A stretch of 63,375 nt of DNA, filler included, from Octopus bimaculoides (GCF_001194135.2; 11 parts of 10 records of this genome joined end to end with filler, not necessarily neighbours in it); one strand, 5' to 3'; numbered from the whole stretch's first letter, positions 38,808 to 52,370 are shown. Notes: generated by a model not told the origin, from the letters alone. Numbers and translations are program-made.

Positions 38808-39799
38808 CTAGAATAGACATTAATTCCAAAAACCCCATCAGAAAGAAAAGAAAAAAAAAATCAATAGATCTGACTTTTCTTTATGGCAGATGTTAAATTG
38901 AATTTTCCACAGAATGCAATGTATCCATTGTAGCAAACATCACAGAAGAAGAAAATTGTAAATAATGTTCCTAATTTAAGCAGAAGGTCAGTGATTTCAA
39001 TTAAAATGACCCATTTTAATATATAGGTATATGTAAGGCAGTGAGCTGACATAATTGTTAGAATACCAGGTAAAATGTTTAGAGGTATTTCGGTGACCTT
39101 TACATTCTGAGTTCAAATCTGCCAAGGCCAACATTGCCTCTCGTCCTTTTGGGGTCAATAAAATGAATACCACTGGGGTTGATGATGTGATTGACTTACC
39201 CCACACCTAAATATTTCCGGCTCCATGCCAAAATTTGAAACCAATATATAGGTATGTGTGTGTGTTTGTGTGAATTGGTGTCTCCTTGTCTTGAAATCTA
39301 ATGATTGATGTAAACAAGAGTCACCGTCACACAAGTGGTGTCCTTCATTTCCAAACTTTTGAGAAAATACATCCAACCATGAGGAAATATTACTTTACCT
39401 GGAAACAGGTGAGGCTTGGTGACAGGAAAGGCATCTGGCCACAGAAAATCTATCTCACCGCATTCCATCAGATAAATACCAGATATCTGTTTCTTTGAGA
39501 TTCATAACACATTAGGAAGCATTACACTGTGTAACACAAATTTCGTCCTTGGGTAGCAACTGTTATTTCCTATTTGCTTACCCCTAAAAAGTATGGAAAT
39601 GGCTATTTCCTTCAAACTTTGCTTTTGTTACATTTTCCAAACCCTAAGGAATCCCCCAAAAGGATGAAAGGCAAAGTTAACCTCAGCCGAATTTGAACCT
39701 AGAATGTGCAGACAGACGAAATGCCGCTTAGCATTTTGCCTGGTGTGCTTACAATTCTGCTAGCATATGCTATGATGCACCCTCACTACTTTTGCTCAG

Positions 39800-40010
39800 G
39801 ATTTTGGCAAAACATATATATATTGTTGTCCTCATGTATTGTATGCCTGCTGCACATTGATAACACTACAATGGTAGTCTTCCCAATTAAGCAAGAGTCC
39901 TCCAGCTGCCTTGCCACTCTTGTCCAACCAGCTCTTGATATTGTCCATCCATCACATTTTTTTTCCTGCTTCTTAACCACTGAATTTCATTTAACTTTCT
40001 GCTTTCGTGT
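39800..40010 (-). mobile_element. RTE-like LINE 3' fragment
   Basis: Resembles the GRQ.K.WMDNIKSW terminal motif; frameshifted. Confidence 0.45.
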
Positions 40011-40365
40011 ATACTGCTCATATTAGTCATATTGATGCTCTCATCGTGATTGTTACATGCTCTCATCGTGATTGTTACTTTGATTTAACTGAAGCAAAAC
40101 AGGTCAAGAGATAGAGAGAAGAGAATGAGAACAGCATACACCTGTAGATCAAATAAAGAGTTGGGTTTGACATTCTGATGCAATAACAAAATTCAGCACA
40201 AGACACCTGAAGAAGGCTGGAGTGTACAACAGTTGAAACTTAGTGAAAAGCAACATTCAAGGTGACACCACTTTGACTAATATAAACAGTATACATAATA
40301 TATTCCTAATCTCACAAATATAAAATTGCATTTCTGCTTCCACTTGATGAAATATTGACAATATA

Positions 40366-40527
40366 GGCGTCGGCGTGGCTGTGTGGGAAGTAGCTTGCTT
40401 ACCAACATGGTTCCGAGTTCAGTCCCACTGCATGGCACCTTGGGCAAGTGTCTTCTACTATAGCTTTGGGCCGACCAAAGCCTTGTGAGTGGATTTGGCA
40501 GACGGAAACTGAAAGAAGCCTGTCGTA

Positions 40528-40564
<37 letters not shown>

Positions 40565-40766
40565 GTGTGTATGTTTGTCCCCCCAACATCGCTTGACAAC
40601 CGATGTTTGTGTGTTTACATTCCCGTAACTTAGCGGTTTGGTATAAGAGACCAATAGAATAAGTACTAGGCTTACAAAGAATAAGTCCTGGGGTTGATTT
40701 GCTAGACTAAAGGCGGTGCGGTGCCCCAGCATGGCCACAGTCAAATGACTGAAACAAGTAAGAGTA
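40366..40766 (+). mobile_element. Full-length SINE A with internal (TA)n; 3'-half copies at 1860-2055+, 24830-25050-, 25590-26160-, 28750-28930+, 44487-44741-, 57900-58070+
   Basis: Head, then (TA)n, then gcttgacaaccgatg...cccgtaacttagcgg...agtcctggggt...ccagcatggccacagtcaaatgactgaaacaagta. Confidence 0.85.
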
Positions 40767-43288
40767 ATATGTGGATAAGGAAAATTTTCTCACCATGGAC
40801 TTCTGAACTTCTTTGACAAAGTAGAAGTAACAATGAATTTAAATTGGAGAGAGAGAGAGAGAGAATTAGGATGAATTAACTGGTCCCAATGGCTACAAAC
40901 ACACCTTTCTCTCTCTTTTCTTTTTTTCTTTGTATATGTGAAGTGGGGGAGATGTGCTTGTAGCAATTGCAGTTAACACATTTTGATGTTACTCTCATTT
41001 TCTTCCTTTCTCTTCTATATGTGTATGTTTCTGCACGTCCATGAATGTGTTTTACCTCCATTGCCAAAAGAAACTCCTCACCAAACATGTTCAATGTCCA
41101 GTCTAATTCCCAGTGTCCAGACAGCTGCACCCCATCATCCCATTCCGATTGTATGTACTTTAGGTTTCCATTGCTCTTTCTTTACTTGGCATCATTGCTG
41201 CTTTCTGTCCCTTTGTTTACTCTTTTCCAACACATTGTAGGGAGTGCACCTGTGCACCGCATAAGCTCAGTATTATTATAAATAAATTGTTCAACTTATC
41301 TAAGAAATTAAACAGTTCTAATGAAATAGTCTTTGTCAGTATAAATTCAAACAAAAACACTAAATTTATAAAAAAAAAAAAAAACTGGATTTTTTTTTTA
41401 AAGAAAAATCTCTAAAAATTTCTTTCAAAATCTAAATATCTAGAATTTTAAGTAAAATCTGTTTCTAGAAAAAAACAAATGCTCTCTTGGAAATAATGCT
41501 GCAAAATTAGAAATTAAACTCAACATCATGTAATGTCCATTTTGACAGGATCCTGTGATTGGGAAACAAACTTCTTACCACACAGCCATGCTTGTGCCTA
41601 TAATTTTTTAACAATTTTTAAATCTTTTTATACAATTCCTAAAGATATTTAATTATAAGATTATAATAAGAACACTGAATGGATGAAGGTCCACCTAAGC
41701 AAAATAGGAACCAAAGGGGGTTCAGAGGCCAAAAATTGGTTGAGAACCACTGCTGTTGAGGAACTACAAGGCTACTCAACATATTAAGGATTAGACTCTG
41801 AGTATATCTTAGTGCTAGGAATTCTGATCGTTAAGGAATATTTCCGATATGAAGACAAAATTAAATTTTTCTTTAGTGAAATTAAATATTGAGCGAGTTA
41901 ATCAGTCATGTCTATATTCATTAAAAAGGGTAAACACTTCCTTAGTTCATGAATAACTATGGGATTGCACCTAGAAAGTTAACCTTTGAGGCACAAGTCC
42001 GGGCAAGGTTGTTTATAGATCAGCAGTCACCCATGCATACCAGCACCCCCCTCTAAATGCCACCAATGTCATCGAAGGGAATGGCAAAGGCTGATACAGC
42101 TTGGCACCTGTGACATTGCAACTCATTTCTACAACTGAGTAAACTGGAGCAATGTGAAATTAAGTGTCTTGCTCAAGGACACAATGCACAGCCAGGTCCG
42201 GGAATTGAACTCATTACCTCGTGATTGTGAGCCCAACGCTCTAACCACTGAGCCATAACACTTGCAAAATCAAATTCCTGAAAGGGCATAATACAAAAAT
42301 AACCAAAGAATGGGGAAAATAAACTAATAATTAAAAAAAAAAAAATCAATCTAAAACTGTGAATGCTAAGAATCCAACAAGAATTCAATTACTTTACTTG
42401 TTTTTCCTCTCTCCTTTTTATCGATGTTTAATTCTTTAGCATTTAAATCAGCCATATCTGGCCCAAATATTTTACCTGTTTTATGTTCAAATTGGCCAGA
42501 TTAGACCTCTCATACCTGCCCTACAATGTCATTCTGAAGAGAAACAGTCTCACCGTCAGAATCTCGAAGCTTCAGGACAATGCCTGATTAATTCAAAACA
42601 ATGTGGTTAAATAAGCATTACATTTCGCAGAGTAATCATCACCAATTAACATCCTCCTTCCTTGCTGGCATGGGTGGGAAGGATTGACAGGAGCTGGCCA
42701 GGCAGGAGCGTGTGCCATGCTTCTCTGTCTGTTTTGGCATGGTTCTTATGGTTGGATGCCCTTCCTAACAATAATCTGAACACTAAAGAGTTAAAGAGCA
42801 AAACAGTGACTTGATATTGGTGTAACATCACCTGTATGCTGATAACAAATGAGATGGAAAAAAAAAAAAAAAAACGGTTCATTAACAGAATGGCATTAAA
42901 AAGAGGCAATGTTTTTATTGGGAAACACCACAAAGTCTAGCAAAGGTCCGCGCATCATTTATTATTAAAATGCAGCAAATTTACATGGTTTAACAATTTT
43001 TGGGAATTTAAATTTTTTTTTGTTTGTTTTATAATAAGTCCAGACAAATGCTCTTTTTCTCATCACATTTGACTCCCATAAAACTGAGACTATCACTTTA
43101 AACAATGGAGAACCAGGCTTCTGAGTACAAAACTTAAAATGTTGTGTAAGGAACACAGAATTTCATGTTCTTTTTTTTTTATATTTATNNNNNNNNNNNN
43201 NNNNNNNNNNNNNNNNNNNNNNNNNNNNNNNNTTAATTAATTAANNNNNNNNNNNNNNNNNNNNNNNNNNNNNNNNNNNNNNNNNNNN

Positions 43289-43565
43289 ATTTTAGAGTTC
43301 CATGAGCTCCATTTTGCAGGAGCAAAATCTTTTTTACAGGTTCCAGAAGACTGAAATTTTGGAATTTTCGCATAAAGATCAATAGTATGGAATACATGTC
43401 TCATGATTAGAATTTTTTTAGGGTGTGTAAAGAGGGAAAGAACCCTCATGTGCAATTTTGATGAAATTCGAATCATATGTATTCCAGTTCCTTATAGAAA
43501 ATATAACAGAAAAGTCTCATTTTTCAATTGCATGTAACACGGGCAACGCCGAGTATCTCTGCTAG
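43289..43565 (+). mobile_element. Non-autonomous Helitron 3' end
   Basis: ACGGGCAACGCCGAGT hairpin followed by CTAG|T, similar to the 58.9-kb end. Confidence 0.5.
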
Positions 43566-43768
43566 TTATATATATTTCTATATTAATTGTGAAACTACAT
43601 AAGCACTCCAGGTCTTTGAATCGAATATGTAGCTTTTCAGCAAATATATGCGTGTAGGTTGGTGTGTACGCTCGTACACATATATGTACAGTAAGGGAAG
43701 AAGGAGACAGATACGTAAAAACAGACAGACAGACAGACAGCTAACTAGCTAGCTAGCTAGCTAGATAT

Positions 43769-43832
<64 letters not shown>

Positions 43833-43996
43833 CGGGATGGAACATAGCTGTCTGTTTGAGAGATATTTTGGGTGTTCACCAACAGCTATATCAGTATGGA
43901 CCTGAAAGAAGAGAACCAGTATCACATGTCTTGATCAATCAACTGGTTAAATGGAGATTGAACAGTGTCGAACTGCCGGTCTACGCCAGGTGTAAA

Positions 43997-44034
<38 letters not shown>

Positions 44035-44681
44035 CGGATGATTATTTCATGCATATCCATTGGCTGATTGTATTCCCTGATCAGTGTTTCGTGACCACAT
44101 TGAATATGGCAATCGTGACTTTTGCAGTGTTCACGCCTATGGGAAAGTGTAATAAAATATGAAGGTTATACGTGTTCGTGGATGATGTAAGCTCACACAT
44201 ATTCACACCCACCCACATACATACATACATACATACATACATACATACATACATACATACATACAGCCATGTGTGTGCGTGTGTGTAGTAGTTGAATGCG
44301 CATAGACCATCTGAGATATTTAATCCCCCAGAGTGTACAACTCAGCAGGCTGTGAACAATTCCGTAGTGAATACCCACGGGTGTATGGCGTAGTGGTTAA
44401 GAGCGCGGGCTACTAACCCCAAGATTCCGAGTGCGATTTCAGGCAGTGACCTGAGTAATAATAATAATAATACTATTTTACTATTTTACTTGTTTCAGTC
44501 TTTTGACTGTGGCCATGCTGGAGCACCGCCTTTAGTCGAGCAAATCGACCCCAGGACTTATTCTTTGGAAGCCTAGTACTTATTTCATTGGTCTCTTTTG
44601 CCGAACCGCTAAGTTACGGGGACATAAACACACCAGCATCGGTTGTCAAGCGATGTTGGGGGGACAAACACAGACACACAA

Positions 44682-44730
<49 letters not shown>

Positions 44731-44842
44731 CGACGGGCTTCNNNNNNNNNNNNNNNNNNNNNNNNNNNNNNNNNNNNNNNNNNNNTTAATTAATTAANNN
44801 NNNNNNNNNNNNNNNNNNNNNNNNNNNNNNNNNNNNNNNNNG

Positions 44843-45140
44843 GCTACCTTCATTGATAATGCCAGCTGTGAAAGTCCTCGGCCTCCTTCTTTTCTTGGCA
44901 GATAAAGACGTTCTATATCTGCCTTAGGGTGGTGCATTCTATGCATTGTCAACAGTTTTCGTATTTTTCTGTCAACATTACATATTTCAGTAATTGACCA
45001 GTTAACGATGTTGAAACTGTAAGTCACGACTGGTATGGCTAGAGCATTGATCGCTTCGATCCTGTTTCTCGCGTTCAGCTCTGTCTTCAGTATTGCTCTC
45101 ACCCTGCGATAACATTCTCTTTCAGTATTGCTCTCACCCT
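44843..45140 (-). mobile_element. R4/Dong LINE copy 1 (RT thumb region), 5'-truncated at (TAA)n
   Basis: RRVRAILKTELNARNRIEAINALAIPVVTYSF.IVNW...DRKIRKLLTMHRMHHPKADIERLYLPRKEGGRGL. Confidence 0.88.
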
Positions 45141-45142
45141 TA

Positions 45143-45186
<44 letters not shown>

Positions 45187-45257
45187 CATTACTACTACAA
45201 CTATTGCTATGATGATGATGATGATGATTATTATTATTAGTAGTAGTAGTAGTAGTG

Positions 45258-45308
<51 letters not shown>

Positions 45309-45310
45309 TT

Positions 45311-47548
45311 CAGTAGTCTTATTTTTATCACGTGATTGCACTCCAATACCGAGCGCAGCCCTGTGGGGTCTTGGTTATGTGCTGTGGTTTGTTGTGATGC
45401 ACTTGTTGTTACTGTATTGAAAGTGTCTTACGTAGAATGTGTGCGGTGCCTAATAGTGCTATTTTCTGTATATTGTGTGGAGGCGCAATGGCCCAGTGGT
45501 TAGGGCAGCGGACTCGCGGTTGTAGGATCGCGGTTTCGATTCCCAGACTGAGCGCTGTGAGTGTTTATGGAGCGAAAACACCTAAAGTTCCACGAGGCTC
45601 CGGCAGGGGATGGTGGTGAACCCTGCTATACTCTTTCCCCGCAACTTTCTCTCACTCTTTCTTCCTGTTTCTGTTGTACCTGTATTTTAAAGAGCCAGAT
45701 TTGTCGCACTCTATGTCACGCTGATTCTGCCGGAGAATTACGTTAATGATACACGTGTCTGTGGAGTGCTCAGCCACTTGCACGTTAATTTCACGAGTAG
45801 GCTGTTCCGCTGATCGGATCAACTGGAACCCTCGTCGTTGTAACCGACGGAGTGTCAACCAGCTATATATTATATATATTTGTAACTCCTGATGTTTTTG
45901 TTATGTATTTGTCTAAATATTTTTTATCATACCTAAGGCGTCTACTATGATAGGAATTGTTCCTGATTTTAGACTTCACATTCGAGTTAACTCTATATCC
46001 ATGTCTTTGTATTTCAAAAGTTTCTCCGTTTCTTTTATAGAAACGTTGTTATCTGTTGGTATAGATACATCGATTTGAAAATAGTTTTGTCTTGATGATC
46101 TCTAACAACTATATCCGGCCAACTGGCCTTAATTTCTCTATCTGTGTGTATTGGCATATCCCATAGTATGGTTGCTTTCTCATTTTCTGTGACCTTTTCT
46201 GGCGTGTGCCTATACCATCTTTTTTCTGTTGTTATTTCATTGTGTTGACATAGCTTCCAGTGTAAATAGGGCCCAACTCTGTAGTGTCTGTGAATATATT
46301 TCTTCTTAGCCAGAACTGGGCAGCCAGAGACAGAATGGATTATCGTTTGTTGTCCATACTCTGCAATTACTTATGTTTCTTTTCCTTATATGGTTTTCCT
46401 AATTTCTGGTAGGGAGACTTTGGTTTTGTGCTGCAATTAAAAATTCTCCAGTCTCAGTTTTGGGACCTGAGCTTCTCAGCTATTGTTGTGAATTTGCATT
46501 GTCTATTTCTTTTGCGTTTAGTTTAACTCAGTATTTGCCATGAAGGGGCTTTTCTAGCCATCGTTTTATTATGATCCGTTGCTGTTCCAGTTTTAGGTTC
46601 GATTTCAGTTGTTTTACAGCTTTTGTTGTTTCTTCTTTTTCTCCATAGTTGTTAGATAGCATGGCTTCTATTTCTTTTGGTGGGGGGGATTTGTCAGTTT
46701 CCTTAAAGACTGAAAATAGTTTTTTGTTTTGATCGTGTTTTGTGGATGTTTGTATTAGTTCTGAAGTATGTATTTTTGTAGTCCTATGGTGGTTATTTTG
46801 TAATAGCTTTCTAGCTGTATAAGGCCTCTACCGCCTACTATACGTTGTATATATAACCTTTCTATGTCAGATTTTGAGTGGTGCATCATAAATCCTGTCA
46901 TTATTTTTTCTTGTTTTCGTGTCTATTTTGATTAGTTCATTTAGTGTCCAGTTAAGGATATTGTAGTTGTAACTTATAACTGGAACAGCTAGAGTGTTGA
47001 CACTTATCTTGTTTTTCGCATTGATCTGTTTTCAGAGCTCATCTATAGTCTTTTTTTCTTATTTTCTCTATTTTATTTTTTTATTTTACCGTATCTAGTT
47101 CACTGTTTCCTAAGTATTTGTACATCTGACTTTGGTCTAATTCTCTTATTTCATTTGCTTTATCTAGTGTGATGTTACTACACTTCACTAGTTTTCCTCA
47201 TTTTAAGGTTGCTTTGGCACATTTTTCTAAGCCAAATTTCATGTTTATTTCTTTGGTAAATCCATATACTGTCTGTAGTAATGTTTCCAGCTGTTTATCA
47301 TTTGCAGCTTACAGTTTTAAGTCATCCATGTAGAAGAGGTGGCTGATTGTTTTGCCCTAACATGTGTATCCACATTCAGTGCTGTTTAGCATGTCATATA
47401 AATGTGTCAGTGCCAAGCAGAAAAGGAGTGGAGATAGCGTGTTTCCTTGGAATATTCCTCCCCTGTCGTGTCTGTGAATATATTCCTTCTTAGCCAGAGA
47501 CAATATCACTTATTTTTTCTTCTCCATCTCCACATATTCTGCAGTTAG
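45311..47548 (-). mobile_element. R4/Dong LINE copy 2 (RT, Zn-knuckle, REL endonuclease, 3' UTR), degenerate, interrupted by SINE D
   Basis: GIFQG.TLSPLLF, LFYMDDLKL, KFGLEKCAK, YKYLG, PLHGKY, E.FLIAAQ.QSLPTRN, IDVSIPTD, IQKIALLGTAHILRKTLSIQ*; many stops. Confidence 0.88.
45479..45860 (+). mobile_element. tRNA-head SINE family D inserted in a Dong LINE (related: 25100-25400+, 8760-9065-)
   Basis: ggaggcgcaatggcccagtggttagggcagcggactcg head; body shared with 25200-25400 (cagccacttgcacgtt...ggatcaactggaaccctcgtcgt). Confidence 0.75.
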
Positions 47549-47576
<28 letters not shown>

Positions 47577-47580
<4 letters not shown>

Positions 47581-48393
47581 TAGTTTTATTTTTATAACGT
47601 GCTTTCACTTCACTACCGAGCGCAGCTCTGTGCGCCTTGGGTATGTGCTGTGGTTTGCTGTGGTGCTCTTATGTTTACTGTATTGAAAGTGTTTTGCGTA
47701 GAATGTGTGCAGTACCCAGTAGGGTAATTTTCTGTATGTTATATATATTTGTAAGTCCTGCTATTTTTGTTATGTATTTGTCTGAANNNNNNNNNNNNNN
47801 NNNNNNNNNNNNNNNNNNNNNNNNNNNNNNNNNNNNNNNNNNNNNNNNNNNNNNNNNNNNNNNNNNNNNNNNNNNNNNNNNNNNNNNNNNNNNNNNNNNN
47901 NNNNNNNNNNNNNNNNNNNNNNNNNNNNNNNNNNNNNNNNNNNNNNNNNNNNNNNNNNNNNNNNNNNNNNNNNNNNNNNNNNNNNNNNNNNNNNNNNNNN
48001 NNNNNNNNNNNNNNNNNNNNNNNNNNNNNNNNNNNNNNNNNNNNNNNNNNNNNNNNNNNNNNNNNNNNNNNNNNNNNNNNNNNNNNNNNNNNNNNNNNNN
48101 NNNNNNNNNNNNNNNNNNNNNNNNNNNNNNNNNNNNNNNNNNNNNNNNNNNNNNNNNNNNNNNNNNNNNNNNNNNNNNNNNNNNNNNNNNNNNNNNNNNN
48201 NNNNNNNNNNNNNNNNNNNNNNNNNNNNNNNNNNNNNNNNNNNNNNNNNNNNNNNNNNNNNNNNNNNNNNNNNNNNNNNNNNNNNNNNNNNNNTTACTTG
48301 TTATATTTCTTTTCATTATGTGTTTTTGGTTAATTTCTGGTGGGGAGGCTTTGGTCTTGTGCAGCAATTAAAAATCCTTCAGTCTCTGCTTTG
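47577..48393 (-). mobile_element. R4/Dong LINE copy 3, 5'-truncated, spanning an N gap
   Basis: IKAETEGFLIAAQDQSLPTRN ... IQKITLLGTAHILRKTLSIQ* plus 3' UTR, with (TAA)n at both ends. Confidence 0.85.
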
Positions 48394-48394
48394 A

Positions 48395-48451
<57 letters not shown>

Positions 48452-50329
48452 CATCATCATCATTATTATTATTATCATTATTATTATTAAGGCAGTGAAC
48501 TGGCTTAATCGTTAGTACGCCGGATAAAATGCTTAGCGGCATTTCGTCCGTCTTTACGTTCTGAGTTCAAATTCCGCCGAAGTCGATTTTGCCCTTCATC
48601 ATTTTATGGTCGATAAAATAAGTACTATTTAATCGACTTACGCCCTCTTCTAAAATTGCTGGCTTTGTACCAAAATTCAAAATCATTATTATAGGCCTCA
48701 TTTACCTTTCAGATAGAAGACCCAAAATATTCACTGGAAGCACCACAGCAATGTAATTTCGACTCGACTAAACTGCTTTAGCTTGAGTGATAAACAGTTG
48801 ACTCGACTAAATTTCCAACTATCGGAGAAGTGAATTATGTCACTGATATTGCCTTTATATACCTGATCATACTCCTTCACATTCAGTGTCAGATCTCTTC
48901 ACATATTTAAACAAGGGCAGACATTTACAATTAGAGGGTTTACCATCCTAGTGATGTAAAAATGTTAAGAGAGTGAACCATTTCTGCTACTACTTCTATC
49001 GATACTATTAATTGAACCTGTGACTAATTTGTTATCTTTACAGTATGACCTCCAAAGTGAAAACTTGCTCTTACATTAATGTATCTGTACATGTACATAG
49101 TACAAGTATATAGTCAAACCATCTGTTCTGTTTGAGACTTAAATGGTTTGTTTACTGATATATCTTACTATCTATGACAGGGAATACGAATTGTTCACCT
49201 CTGCAGTCTTTCTCCTGTACCCCTCAACTTATCCCGAAAGACCACATTTCTCTTTTTGTCATCTCACAGTGTTTGTGTCAAATCCGAAACTATATACACC
49301 TTGCTACAAATATTTATGAGTCGCTATGTATAAACATCATTATTACAATGCACTCCTTTGTACCTCTATACACCATTCTAAACTATAAGATATCACGTAT
49401 ATAATACACCACAGCAAATCATATTATACTACCCAACGAAACATAATAAGCATGCAATAGACCACAATATAGTTCACTACAAAATATCACAAGTATACGT
49501 ATAATAGGCAACAATACATCACAACACATTACACTTTATAAAAGTATGAAAATGTAATAGCTCACATGTAACATTGTTTAATATTTCTTCCGAACTGATG
49601 ATTTCTTTAAAAATCTATTGGCAACAAGGACGTCAATAGCAATATTAAAACGTTAATAATATAAATAACAATAATAAGCATAATAATATAAATAATACTA
49701 AACGGAATAATATAAATAATAAATGTAATAATGCAAATGATAGCAGATACTTTAAGACAGATATACCACAAACATATAGATGTGGAACAGTTGTAGTAGA
49801 AAAATACATCAAACGAAATAATTTCTATCATGCAATATTTTCATATAAAAGAGGTCTATCTATTGAATGCCTTCAGGAATATGAATCATATATGCGTACA
49901 TACTACATGGATACATTCATACAGGCGAGAAAACAAATACACACACGCACACACACATGCACGCACACACAAACACACACACACGCAAACACTCACACAC
50001 AGATACATGCACACGCACATATACACANNNNNNNNNNNNNNNNNNNNNNNNNNNNNNNNNNNNNNNNNNNNNNNNNNNNNNNNNNNNNNAGGCGAGAAAA
50101 CAAATACACACACGCACACACACATGCACGCACACACAAACACACACACACGCAAACACTCACACACAGATACATGCACACGCACATATACACATACATA
50201 TATATGTGCATGAACAAGAAGAAGAAGAAGAAGAAGAAGAAGAAGAAGAAGAAGAAGAAGAAGAAGAAGAAGAAGAAGAAGAAGAAATACCCTGATGCAG
50301 TACCAGGTACTGGCTCCCATGGCTTCTGA

Positions 50330-50840
50330 TATTAACTGATTCGAAGTGTCATGTACATTGTTTCGTCTTGGTATAAAAGATGGTCTACAGCAAATATTCT
50401 GTTAGATACCAGAGATTTGCTTGTCAGTTGCTTGACCCTAACAAGTTGAGCATGTCCCTTATTGGCTAACGATATGTGCATTTCTGATCACGAACAGAAG
50501 TAGAGGGAATCATTACAGCCATGCGTTGAGAAGAATTCTTTGGGGTTTGGATAATTCACCTTTGGAAACACGGGTGTTTTGTTCAACATACTTAAACAAC
50601 CCTTATTCAGGAGCCTTTTGCGCTTGATGGGCTACTGAACCTGAAGAAAATTCTAACTGGCTCGCGCCTGCAAGTTCGTGTGCTGTTTATCGTGATATGA
50701 CATCACTATGTCACTCACATGTCGTTGTTATGCATGTGCCTGGTGTACCCTTATCACACGGGTAGGCATGATAGGTATACTGGGCTTCGTATAGTTTACT
50801 CCACTATCATTTTGATGGCATGCACTGCTCTGTCACTCAA
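50330..50840 (+). mobile_element. Interspersed repeat family E (second copy at 6205-6545)
   Basis: Shared gaattctttggggtttg...cctgaagaaaattctaactgg...tactgggcttcgtat...tgcactgctc..tcactcaat plus microsatellite tail. Confidence 0.7.
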
Positions 50841-50893
50841 TGATGATGATGATGATGATGAAGATGATGGTGGTGGTGGTGGTGGTGGTGGTG

Positions 50894-51180
50894 GAAATAC
50901 GAAGGTTATGGCCAATGAGGAGAGTATACGTGATACCAATAGTAATTGGCACACTTGGAAATATCAGCACTCAACTAAAAACATGGCTGAAAAAGATTGG
51001 TGCAAGTGTGAAGATAGAAGACCTACAAAAATCAGCATTGCTTGGAAGTGCAAGAATTCTTCGCAACGTTCTTGAAGCATGACCAGTAAACTAGTGTCAC
51101 CTTAGTCTGCTGGCTGGGGACAACAGACACTTTCCATCTTACCCAGCAAAATAGGCTGTGAGGTTTCATATAATAATAAT
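50894..51180 (+). mobile_element. R4/Dong-like LINE 3' end (different subfamily)
   Basis: EIRRLWPMRRVYVIPIVIGTLG...LQKSALLGSARILRNVLEA* followed by a UTR and a TAA tail. Confidence 0.8.
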
Positions 51181-51623
51181 GATAATTGTAATTAAAACCA
51201 GCAATTCATCATTATCGTTATTTCGGTTTTCGGCCTGCTAAAATTTTTCTTTATAATAATATGTAGACTTACTCACTTTGTGAAAACAGGGATTATATGT
51301 TAAAAACCGAGAACGGTGATTCTAATGTAAAATATAAAATATTTAATATATGGAGATATGAAGGTGGATAACACATTTTTATAGATGTATGATAGAAATA
51401 TAATGATAGTGATGTAATAAGGAAAATTAAAAGCTAGAGAGTTGTAAGATTGTAAGAATATAAACATATGTATTTATGTGTGTATTTATATCAATATGTG
51501 ACTGTCTGTGAGGGTAAAGAAAAGACAAGCAATAAACAAATATCAAAACAAGAGAACAAAGGAGATAGAAAGAGATTGATACAGAAATGGTGAGAGAGAG
51601 AGAGAGAGAGATAAAGAGAGAGA

Positions 51624-51662
<39 letters not shown>

Positions 51663-52320
51663 ATGGTGTTAAAGAAAAGGAAGGAGTGAAAGACGGAATA
51701 TTGTAAGAATATATTTTATTTTTATCCAGTCGTCTAATTAGGAAGGCCAGAGTCGTGATATAGCCTTGATGAACGTGCGTATGCATGTATTTGTCAGTGT
51801 ACATGATATATNNNNNNNNNNNNNNNNNNNNNNNNNNNNNNNNNNNNNNNNNNNNNNNNNNNNNNNNNNNNNNNNNNNNNNNNNNNNNNNNNNNNNNNNN
51901 NNNNNNNNNNNNNNNNNNNNNNNNNNNNNNNNNNNNNNNNNNNNNNNNNNNNNNNNNNNNNNNNNNNNNNNNNNNNNNNNNNNNNNNNNNNNNNNNNNNN
52001 NNNNNNNNNNNNNNNNNNNNNNNNNNNNNNNNNNNNNNNNNNNNNNNNNNNNNNNNNNNNNNNNNNNNNNNNNNNNNNNNNNNNNNNNNNNNNNNNNNNN
52101 NNNNNNNNNNNNNNNNNNNNNNNNNNNNNNNNNNNNNNNNNNNNNNNNNNNNNNNNNNNNNNNNNNNNNNNNNNNNNNNNNNNNNNNNNNNNNNNNNNNN
52201 NNNNNNNNNNNNNNNNNNNNNNNNNNNNNNNNNNNNNNNNNNNNNNNNNNNNNNNNNNNNNNNNNNNNNNNNNNNNNNNNNNNNNNNNNNNNNNNNNNNN
52301 NNNNNNNNNNNNNNNNNNNN

Positions 52321-52370
<50 letters not shown>

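Noticed and set aside
44370-44475. tRNA-like sequence with apparent ACT anticodon
   Set aside because: It has an imperfect acceptor stem, a mutated B box and a TAA-repeat tail, so it is best read as a short tRNA-derived SINE rather than a tRNA gene.
49830-50329. Low-complexity ORFs (poly-K/E/L, HT/CV/YI/RE/LS repeats) throughout the window
   Set aside because: They are translations of (GAA)n, (CA)n, (TA)n, (GA)n and (CT)n microsatellites.
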